A DNA stretch of 64,000 nucleotides, from positions 33,010-97,009 of the forward strand of contig JBDHAC010000004.1 of assembly GCA_039588275.1 (NCBI GenBank), written 5' to 3'. Positions 29,328 through 37,122 of this stretch are shown here, piece after piece. A program made the position numbers and the translations under genes. Within the stretch, counting starts at the first letter, position 1. Each line of letters starts with the position of its first letter. The notes under the pieces are model-generated. The model was not told where the DNA came from and searched no databases. It worked only from the letters and a program-made list of their open reading frames with translations. The DNA comes from Gemmatimonadota bacterium. GTDB taxonomy: Bacteria > Gemmatimonadota > Gemmatimonadetes > Palauibacterales > Palauibacteraceae.

Positions 29328-30333
29328 CCGGCGTGAGTTCGTCAAAGCCTCCGTCGCGATCGCGGCGGTCGGTGGATTGAACGCGTGTCGGCGCGACCAG
29401 CCGGGCTGGAGTCCCGATGCCGTTCGCAAGCCCGAGGTGTCGCCTGTAGCCATCCTCCCGGCCGAGCGGTACGACGAGGCGGCCCTGAAGGACACGGTCA
29501 CGCGCGGCGTGGAGATGTTCGGTCTGGACGTGCGGGATCGCCGCGTCGTCTTGAAGCCGAACCTGGTCGAGTTCGATCCCGGTGGCGTGATCAACACGCA
29601 TCCCACGCTGATCGCGGCGACGATCGAGGCATTTCGCAGCCTGGGAGCGCGCGAAGTGATCATGGCCGAAGGGCCCGGACACCGGCGCGACAACGAATAC
29701 CTCCTCCGGGCTTCAGGGATTCACGAGCAGCTCGAAGACATGGGAGCGCGCTTCGTGGATTTGAACCACGACGTCGTGCGTCGCGTCGCGCTGCGCTCGA
29801 GCTTCACCCGGCTCGGGGAGCTCTACCTTCCGGCCACTGTTCTCGACGCGGACCTGTTCGTCTCGATGCCGAAGCTCAAGACGCACCACTGGGCAGCCGT
29901 CACGCTTTCCATGAAGAACATGTTCGGGGTCGTGCCGGGCTCGCTGTACGGGTGGCCGAAGAACATCCTGCACTGGGTCGGGCTGGAGGGGAGCATCGTG
30001 GACATCAACGCGGCGTTGGACGTGCCGCGATTCAACATCGTGGATGGGATCGTGGGGATGGAGGGGAATGGGCCCATCCAGGGTGAAGCGAAACAGGTAG
30101 GGGTGGTCGTGTTCGGCGCCGATCCCGTGGCCGTAGACGCGACCTGCACACGGCTCATGAGCATCGACCCTTGGAGGGTCGGCTACCTGGCGGCGGTCGA
30201 ACCCTTCCTCGGCAACCTCGCGACCGAGCGGATCGAGCAGCGGGGCGAGGATCTGTCCCCGCACCAGGCGGATTTCCGAGTTCTGGAGGGGTTTTCGCAC
30301 ACCAAGACGACACCCCCGATGGCCGCCGGCTGA
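29320..30333 (+). CDS. DUF362 domain protein, Tat-exported lipoprotein
   Basis: Twin-arginine DRREFVK, lipobox LNAC, and KPNLV, THP, MPKLKTHHW..VTLSMKN, VDGIVGMEGNGP, DPVAVD. Confidence 0.85.
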   Translation: MVDRREFVKASVAIAAVGGLNACRRDQPGWSPDAVRKPEVSPVAILPAERYDEAALKDTVTRGVEMFGLDVRDRRVVLKPNLVEFDPGGVINTHPTLIAATIEAFRSLGAREVIMAEGPGHRRDNEYLLRASGIHEQLEDMGARFVDLNHDVVRRVALRSSFTRLGELYLPATVLDADLFVSMPKLKTHHWAAVTLSMKNMFGVVPGSLYGWPKNILHWVGLEGSIVDINAALDVPRFNIVDGIVGMEGNGPIQGEAKQVGVVVFGADPVAVDATCTRLMSIDPWRVGYLAAVEPFLGNLATERIEQRGEDLSPHQADFRVLEGFSHTKTTPPMAAG

Positions 30334-30484
30334 GCGGCAGGGGGAAACCAGACGGACAGAACGCTGGCATACGGAATGCTCGCATGCCACTCTCGAACAT
30401 GTCGGGGGTATGGAGGGCACGGTCGTGCGCGGAAGTCATCGAACGGACGCGCTCTCGATCGACGCTCGGATTCGGGATCGAGGG

Positions 30485-31072
30485 ATGATGAACCTGTACT
30501 TCGGGGACATGCTGCCTCCCACTCGGGAGCTGAGGGCGGAACGACAGGGCGAGCAAGTCCTCGTCGGAACCGCTTCTCCAGTGCAGCTCGAGGTACGGAT
30601 GGTCGCCCACCACCTCACCCCCCCGGGCACTGCCTGCATAGGCACGTTCCACGACGGGAGATCAATCGGGCGCTGTGCGATCCCGGAGGAGAGCGTCGAA
30701 GAGTTCCTCGGCATGGAGCTCTTCAAGCGGCCCGTATCGCTGGCGCTGAACGTCCGGCGAGGGGGACCGGGTCTCGAAGGCAATCTGCTCGCGCTGGTTC
30801 CGATGGATGCTCAGCTCGAGGAGCCTGAGGATGAGGCCCCCTGGAAGGCGAGCGTTCCTGGCGCTGGGTACGAAGCGGCTGCAGGCCTCGCGCCCGAAGA
30901 GGGGCAGCTCGTGGGGATCTTCCTCGGACAGATCGTCCGATTCGACAAGGATCGGCGGAGCCCCGACAATCTCCTTCGCGAAGCGGCCGACATGCTGGCA
31001 GGGATCATCCGCGGCCAGGTCGGCAGCGTAGTAGACCGCGTGATCCAGGATCTCACCGATCCCTCCGTCTGA
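30485..31072 (+). CDS. Hypothetical protein
   Basis: Natural-looking composition and GAGGG RBS before the ATG. No recognised motif. Confidence 0.7.
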   Translation: MMNLYFGDMLPPTRELRAERQGEQVLVGTASPVQLEVRMVAHHLTPPGTACIGTFHDGRSIGRCAIPEESVEEFLGMELFKRPVSLALNVRRGGPGLEGNLLALVPMDAQLEEPEDEAPWKASVPGAGYEAAAGLAPEEGQLVGIFLGQIVRFDKDRRSPDNLLREAADMLAGIIRGQVGSVVDRVIQDLTDPSV

Positions 31073-31673
31073 AGCTCCGAGCGGGGCGGGTCGATCCCGC
31101 CGGCGCTGCGAATGGCCCCTCGGAGACCCCGACATGGTCGCCTACCACGACGAGGAGTGGGGCGTGCCGGTGCACGACGACCGAACCCTGTTCGAGTTTC
31201 TGCTCCTCGACTCCTTCCAGGCGGGACTCAGCTGGGCCGTCATCCTGCGAAAGCGAGCGGCGTTCCGCGCTGCGTTCGCCGACTTCGACCCGACGCGCGT
31301 CGGGTCGTTCAGTGACGCCGACGTGGAACGACTGCTCGCCGATGCAGGCATCGTACGTAACCGGCAGAAAATCCTGGCCGCGATCTCCAACGCCGCCGCG
31401 TTCCTCGAGGTTCAGGAGGAGTTCGGCAGCTTCGACCGCTTCATCTGGCGATTCGTGGGGGGGAGACCCATCCAGAATCGATGGCGGGCCCTGAGGAACA
31501 TCCCACCCGCCACCGCGGAGTCCGAAGAGATGAGCTGCGACCTCAAACGACGAGGTTTCAGGTTCGTGGGCCCCACCATCTGTTATGCATTCATGCAGGG
31601 GGCCGGGTTGGTGAACGACCACGTGGTGGACTGCTTCCGCCACTCCGAGATCGAATCGCTGTCGGTCCGTTGA
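31059..31673 (+). CDS. tag: DNA-3-methyladenine glycosylase I (start codon uncertain; first ATG at 31134)
   Basis: RCEW...YHDEEWGVP, FQAGLSW, GIVRNRQKI, GFRFVGPTICYAFMQ, VNDH..DC. Confidence 0.9.
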   Translation: MPPSEAPSGAGRSRRRCEWPLGDPDMVAYHDEEWGVPVHDDRTLFEFLLLDSFQAGLSWAVILRKRAAFRAAFADFDPTRVGSFSDADVERLLADAGIVRNRQKILAAISNAAAFLEVQEEFGSFDRFIWRFVGGRPIQNRWRALRNIPPATAESEEMSCDLKRRGFRFVGPTICYAFMQGAGLVNDHVVDCFRHSEIESLSVR

Positions 31674-31765
31674 CGCACGCCGCGCCGCTTGGCGTGGCGC
31701 GTAAACGCGTCGTCTGGTATGATCCTCGATAGCCTGGAATCCAGCCCGGTATCGCGAGGGTCGAA

Positions 31766-31981
31766 TTGCGCCGTTTTCTACTGGCCGCCGGGCTCCTTCT
31801 TGGGGGGCACTTCATAGGAGCGGTGGGGTGTGGGGGTGAGGAGCCGACAGGGCCCGATACGCTTTCTCCAAACGAAGGACCCTGCGCTGGCGTCGCGGCG
31901 CAGTCCGGCACGGACATCGTGTGGTGTCCGTCGCTCGGGGGTGTGTGCGCCTCGGCGGCCGCCTGTAACTCCATCCGCTGA
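31766..31981 (+). CDS. Small Cys-rich putative lipoprotein (71 aa)
   Basis: TTG start with GAGGG RBS, MRRFLLAAGLLL...AVGC signal, four further Cys. Confidence 0.55.
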   Translation: MRRFLLAAGLLLGGHFIGAVGCGGEEPTGPDTLSPNEGPCAGVAAQSGTDIVWCPSLGGVCASAAACNSIR

Positions 31982-32207
31982 CTATCTGCTGCGATCAGAT
32001 CTCAGACCTCGGCTCGAACGCCTGTTTCCGTCCCCTGACGAATCGCCCACCGAGGTCGTTGGCTCACCCGAGTTCTCTTGCGCCCTCCTGAGTGCCCACC
32101 TCGATCCCTCGAGGTCGAGACTAATGCATTCGGATTGGCGCTTCGCAGGCGAGGTGCCTCAATGCTGTCGTTGAACAAAATGTGAGGTGTGCGTACATAA
32201 CTAGCTG

Positions 32208-32225
32208 TCGTATAACGTTATACGA
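32208..32225. promoter_or_regulatory. Perfect 18-bp palindrome TCGTATAACGTTATACGA, candidate operator
   Basis: Self-complementary AT-rich site 65 bp upstream of the CAP gene. Confidence 0.5.
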
Positions 32226-32290
32226 TGATATCTATGGCGCCAACAAAATCCCGTCGAGCCTGGGCCCGGCCGTTGCACGAAAGGAGCGGC

Positions 32291-32767
32291 ATGCGTCGAT
32301 CCCGTCGTAGTCTCGGGCTCCTTTGTGTCACGGTCCTCGTCGTGCAGCTCGGAGGGTGCGGCGACGTAGCGGCGCCAACCCAGCCCACGGATCCAATCGC
32401 GTCGCTCGTCGTGAGCGTGAACCTGCATCGCGGCTCGATCGCGTGCCCGAGCCTCCAGTGGCACGATGGGTTGGCCGATGTCGCTCAATCGCACAGCGAG
32501 GACATGGCCCAGCGCTCGTTCTTCGGCCACGTCAACCCCGACGGTGAATCGCCCTTCGATCGAATGCGACGTGCCGGCATCCAGTGGGTCGGGCCCGCCG
32601 GCGAGAACCTGGCGCTCGCGCGCAATAGCGCGACCGATGTGCTGCGCCTGTGGCTGGGGAGCGAGGGGCACCGCGCCAACCTGGAGGACTGCCGTTACGG
32701 GTTCCACGCCGTAGGCCTCAGCGATGGGTACTGGACGCACCTTTTCCTCGCCCGACCCACGGACTGA
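32291..32767 (+). CDS. CAP/SCP domain lipoprotein
   Basis: LGGC lipobox, AQSHSEDM, FFGH, GENLA, WLGSEGHRANL, YWT. AAGGAG RBS. Confidence 0.9.
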   Translation: MRRSRRSLGLLCVTVLVVQLGGCGDVAAPTQPTDPIASLVVSVNLHRGSIACPSLQWHDGLADVAQSHSEDMAQRSFFGHVNPDGESPFDRMRRAGIQWVGPAGENLALARNSATDVLRLWLGSEGHRANLEDCRYGFHAVGLSDGYWTHLFLARPTD

Positions 32768-32910
32768 GCTTCTCCGCTACGCCACAGTCATCGTCACTAC
32801 CGCATCGACATGCCGGTATGGCGCCGCACCGGCCGACGGCTCGCAGCGATTTGCCCCCCCGAAGTGACCGTGTAGTATTCGCCGCTTCCTGACCAACGAA
32901 GGAGTCTGCT

Positions 32911-34683
32911 ATGCGGAGATGTGGGGTGCCCACCCGAACCTCCTCGCGAGTCCGACGCGTTGGTCTCGCCGGACTCACGATCGTTCTGGTTGCCGGCACC
33001 GGCCTGGCGCAACAGCCGCCGGCGGAGGTCTTCGACGTCGTGCTCATCGGCGGCAGCGTAATCGATGGGACCGGCAACCCCTGGTTTCGTGCCGATGTAG
33101 GGATCCGCGACGGTCGAATCGTCGCGATAGGGGTGCTGCGCGACGCGGAAGCCGCACGCCGCATCGATGTTACGAACCGGTTCGTGGTCCCGGGGTTCAT
33201 CGACATCCACTCGCACGCGGACGAAGGCCTCGACGCCGAAGGGGCTGCAGGAACCTCGGAGGCGCGCCGGCGCGCCGCCCCCAACCTCGTGAGCCAGGGG
33301 ATCACGACCGTCGTCATCAACCAGGACGGGCGATCCGCCTGGCCGATCTCCGAACAGCGCGCGAAGCTCGAACGCCTGCGGATCGGTCCGAACGCCGCCC
33401 TCATGGTTGGGCACAACTCGATCCGCGCGATCGCTCTCGGAGACGACTTCCGCCGCCCGGCCACTCCAGCCGAGGTCGAGCGGATGCGTGATATGGTCCG
33501 GCAGGCCATGCAGGAAGGCGCATACGGACTCTCGGCTGGTCTGGAGTACGTACCGGGTCGCTGGAGCACGACGGAAGAGGTGCTGGCACTCGTCGATGAG
33601 GCGGGGAGAGGCGGGGGCGTCTACATCGTGCACGAGCGGAGCTCGGGCCTCGACCCTATGTGGTACTGGCCCAGTCATGATCCGCCCGGCCCCCCGACCA
33701 TGATCCACACGATCATCGAAGATATCGAGATCGCTGAACGCACCGGCGTGACCACAGTAGCCACGCACATAAAGGCTCGTGGGGCGAACTTCTGGGGGAG
33801 TGGCCGGACGTTGATTGACCTGATCGAGCGCGCTCGGGCGCGAGGCGTCTCGATCTGGGCCGACCACTACCCCTACAACACGACGGGGAGCGACGGAAGC
33901 ACGGTCCTTATCCCTGACTGGTTCATCGGCGACGTGTCGGGGGAAGAGCGCCCGCCCCGGGCGGACTTCGCCTCGGCACTCGAGGAAGCACTGACCGACC
34001 CCAAGCTCACCCGGGACCTGCGGACGGACATCGCACACGAGATTCGGAGACGTGGCGGCCCCGACAACCTGATCGTGTTCGAGTACCCGGATTCGAGCGC
34101 CATTGGCCGGAGCCTCGCGGCGCTCGCTTCGGCGTCCGGCGTCGATGCCGTCGAGATGGCGATTCGGCTCCAGCTCGAGGGGTTCGCCAACCGACCGGGT
34201 GGGGCGCGGATTCGCGGGTTCTCACTCTCGGAGATCGACGTCGAGGCGTTCGCCGCGCAACCCTGGGTGGCGACCGCCTCCGACGCCGGAATCGCGCTCC
34301 CGGACGATGGGCCGGTCCACGCACGCTACTACGGGACGTTCCCCCGGAAGATCTCCCGCTACGCGGTCGAGCGCGGCGTGGTGCGGATAGAGGACGCGAT
34401 CCGCTCGGCCACCTCACTTCCCGCACAAATCCTAGCGATGAAAGACCGAGGCCTGCTCAGGGAAGGGTACCGGGCCGATGTGGCCGTATTGGATCTGGAC
34501 GCCCTTCGGGACCGAGCCACCTTCTTCGAGCCGCACCAGCACTCGGCGGGCGTGGACTACGTGATGGTGAACGGCGAGCTGGTCGTCGATCGGGGCGAGT
34601 TCACGTACGCTCTGCCCGGACGGATCCTGACTCCGTCCGGGAACGCGGGATCCACGACGGTGGAAGAAGGGGGAGGCTCTTGA
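32911..34683 (+). CDS. Exported amidohydrolase, N-acyl-D-amino-acid deacylase family
   Basis: VIDGTG, PGFIDIHSH, GLEYVPG, THIK, SDAG, RYYGTFPR, ADVAV. Signal peptide. Confidence 0.88.
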   Translation: MRRCGVPTRTSSRVRRVGLAGLTIVLVAGTGLAQQPPAEVFDVVLIGGSVIDGTGNPWFRADVGIRDGRIVAIGVLRDAEAARRIDVTNRFVVPGFIDIHSHADEGLDAEGAAGTSEARRRAAPNLVSQGITTVVINQDGRSAWPISEQRAKLERLRIGPNAALMVGHNSIRAIALGDDFRRPATPAEVERMRDMVRQAMQEGAYGLSAGLEYVPGRWSTTEEVLALVDEAGRGGGVYIVHERSSGLDPMWYWPSHDPPGPPTMIHTIIEDIEIAERTGVTTVATHIKARGANFWGSGRTLIDLIERARARGVSIWADHYPYNTTGSDGSTVLIPDWFIGDVSGEERPPRADFASALEEALTDPKLTRDLRTDIAHEIRRRGGPDNLIVFEYPDSSAIGRSLAALASASGVDAVEMAIRLQLEGFANRPGGARIRGFSLSEIDVEAFAAQPWVATASDAGIALPDDGPVHARYYGTFPRKISRYAVERGVVRIEDAIRSATSLPAQILAMKDRGLLREGYRADVAVLDLDALRDRATFFEPHQHSAGVDYVMVNGELVVDRGEFTYALPGRILTPSGNAGSTTVEEGGGS

Positions 34684-34955
34684 GTCCGGGCGTGCCCGAG
34701 GCGGTGTACCCCGGACCAGAGGCAGGCTCCGGCCCTGCCGGTAGGTTGCGATCTGCAAGCGAGACGGCCCTATGCAAATGTTTTCACACTCCGGGTAGGT
34801 GCCGCGCCTCCTGGAGCACGCATAACCGCGTGTACTAAAAGGATGTTACGGAATGCCCGGTCAGCCGGGTCGAGTTGAACGGTTCTTGCACCTGCCGCGT
34901 GGAAAATCTTAGTCAACAATCGGCCAGCTCAACAATCAACTAGCCACGAGGTCCG

Positions 34956-35903
34956 ATGTTCAACGGGAAGAGAGACACGAGTGAGTCGCGCATCAAGGAC
35001 CTGCTGAAAGAGCTTCGGAGCCTCGCTCTGCAGAACCCTGGAGATCCCGCGCTGCGAAGCCACCTGTCGCGTGGACTGTTCAGCGCCCTGACGTACGTGA
35101 CCGAATCGGGCGACCGCGACGAGCGCGATCGGATCGTACAGGAGCTTCGCGATCTCGCGGCCGAGCACCCCGAAGACGACGTGGTGCGAGGCAACCTGGC
35201 TCGCGCGCTCTTCAACGCCCTCAATTACGCGCATACCGAAGGGAACCCAAGCGAACGCGATCGCGCTCTCGAGGAGCTCCGTGCGCTGGGTGCCGAGCAC
35301 CCGAGCGACGAAGCGGTGCAGGAGCACCTGGCGAAATCTCTCTTCAACTCGCTGAACTACGCGAAAGAGGACGGAGACCTGGCGACGCGAGACACGCTCC
35401 TCGAAGAGTTGCGACGGATCCAGGAGCAGGCACCTGGTTCCGACGGGGCTCGCCTGCGATTCGCCAAGGGGCTGTTCAATGCGCTCAGTCACGCGGTCGA
35501 GGAAGACGATCCGGCGCGTGCTCGATCGTTGCTCTCCGAACTGCGTGGTCTGTCGGGGCAGCATCCCGAGGACTCCGAGATCCGAGCTCGGTTTTCGAAG
35601 GGGCTGGCCACAGTGCTCCATCAGACGTGTCAAACCCAGGACACAGCCGCCTGCACCGAGTTGTTGGATGAGCTACGGGAGATCGCGGGTGCGCACCCGG
35701 ATCAACTCGTGCTACGAGAGAGCCTCGCGATGGGGCTCTCCGATACGCTCCAGGTCGTCGGTGAAGCGGGCGATCCCGGTCATCGGGCCGACCTCCTGGA
35801 GGAACTCCGCCTCCTTGCCTCCAATCACCCTGACGTGGAGAGCATTCAAGCGCGGCTCGCATCGGGCATCGTGAGTGAGCTGAGCTTGACCCGCGTGGAC
35901 TGA
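34956..35903 (+). CDS. Alpha-helical solenoid protein with seven 44-aa repeats
   Basis: Repeat consensus xxRxxLLxELRxLxxxHPxDxxxRxxLAxxLFNxLxxxxExGD. GAGG RBS. Confidence 0.85.
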   Translation: MFNGKRDTSESRIKDLLKELRSLALQNPGDPALRSHLSRGLFSALTYVTESGDRDERDRIVQELRDLAAEHPEDDVVRGNLARALFNALNYAHTEGNPSERDRALEELRALGAEHPSDEAVQEHLAKSLFNSLNYAKEDGDLATRDTLLEELRRIQEQAPGSDGARLRFAKGLFNALSHAVEEDDPARARSLLSELRGLSGQHPEDSEIRARFSKGLATVLHQTCQTQDTAACTELLDELREIAGAHPDQLVLRESLAMGLSDTLQVVGEAGDPGHRADLLEELRLLASNHPDVESIQARLASGIVSELSLTRVD

Positions 35904-36475
35904 TTACTCGTGGTCTGATCTCTGGGTGTGGGCGGTGGCCATCGTGCCGCCGCCCGCTTTTCGCCTTTGCCCCGGTTCACCGGGTCAACCCCCCTCTCCA
36001 TCCGCATCCGCGCGCTCGGCGCATGTCGCTCACCGCGCGTGGAATGTGAAGGCGTCGTCGATCGGCGGCCGGCCACCTGACGGGTGCAGGCTATCGCGAG
36101 TCTGCAACATCGTGTGCCGCGGGCGTCATGATGTGCCGGGAATCCTGGGATGAGAAACTCGGTATCCCGTTACGACCAAACACGTTTGCCGGGGTCGCAC
36201 GGACCACTTGGCACCGGGTACGGCCCTTGCTTCGCTCAACCTTCGCCCGGGAACGGGTGGAACCATGGTTCCGTTGTTCGTAAAGGTCCCATGCGTCCGT
36301 GCATGATGAAGTCCCAGGGTGGATCCCAACTGCCGTTACCGGTCGAGGTGTGCAGGCGCCCTCGCCGGCTGGGGGCGCGGGCGCATGGGCCTTTTCTCTC
36401 CTCCTGCCGCTGGTCCGGAACCTCGCACCCCGGCAGCCCCGTTGATAGCTTGGGCGCTCACCGGGGGAGAGCCAC

Positions 36476-37057
36476 ATGAATCGACAAGCTTTGATCGCCC
36501 TGGCGTTGGGCTCGCTACTTTTTGCAGGCGTGTTCGGCCCGAGGCTCCTCTCACGGGACGACCCGAGCGATGTGGGAACGATTGTCGTGGAAGCCGCCGA
36601 CGCCGGGGATGCCCAGGGTGAGCCCGCGCCGACCATCTATTTCGAGACGCTGGACGGGTCCAGCGCATCGCTGCTGGACTACGCGGGACGCGTCGTGGTG
36701 CTCAACCTCTGGGGTACGTGGTGCGCCCCGTGCAGGTACGAGATCCCGGAGTTGGCGGAACTACACGGTACGTACGAGGAGCGTGGCGCGATCGTAATCG
36801 GCCTCGCGATCGACTCGGGCGATCCCGCTCAGATTCGGGCATTCGCGGAGCGGTACGGGGTCAACTATCCGATCTGGACGTCAACGGGAACGATCGCCGT
36901 ATCAGAGTTCGGCGCCGTGGGCTACCCGTTGACGCTGCTGGTCGACCAGCAGGGCCGCACCCGCAAGAAATTCCTCGGGCCGCAGACGTTCTCGACCCTC
37001 GCAGCGGAATTGGACGCGTTGTTGGCCGCCGCGGCCGAGACGCGCGGTACTCCCTGA
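36476..37057 (+). CDS. TlpA/ResA-family thiol-disulfide oxidoreductase
   Basis: N-terminal anchor, LNLWGTWCAPC (CxxC), YP cis-Pro loop. Confidence 0.9.
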   Translation: MNRQALIALALGSLLFAGVFGPRLLSRDDPSDVGTIVVEAADAGDAQGEPAPTIYFETLDGSSASLLDYAGRVVVLNLWGTWCAPCRYEIPELAELHGTYEERGAIVIGLAIDSGDPAQIRAFAERYGVNYPIWTSTGTIAVSEFGAVGYPLTLLVDQQGRTRKKFLGPQTFSTLAAELDALLAAAAETRGTP

Positions 37058-37121
37058 GACCTATCCCTCGCTGAGACCTATCCCTCGCTGAGACCGATTC
37101 CTCGCTGAGACCGATTCCTCG
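37054..37121. repeat. Tandem repeat, 4 x 17 bp
   Basis: CTGAGACCTATCCCTCG x2 followed by CTGAGACCGATTCCTCG x2, with no spacers. Confidence 0.95.
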
Positions 37122-37122
37122 C

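Noticed and set aside
32197..32232. Resemblance to loxP (TCGTATA...TATACGA)
   Set aside because: The spacer is 4 bp rather than 8 and the outer arms do not match. Treated as a plain palindrome.
34875..34890. sigma54-like TTGAACGGTTCTTGCA before the repeat protein (similar element near 28304-28319)
   Set aside because: The invariant GG at -24 is absent (TG instead).
36150..36479. 109-aa ORF ending in an ATGA overlap with tlpA
   Set aside because: Low-complexity composition, no motif, weak RBS; cannot be supported as a gene.
37054..37121. Possible mini-CRISPR or engineered BsaI (GAGACC) array
   Set aside because: Units are 17 bp and contiguous with no spacers and no cas genes. The restriction site is simply part of the repeated unit, and there is no vector sequence.
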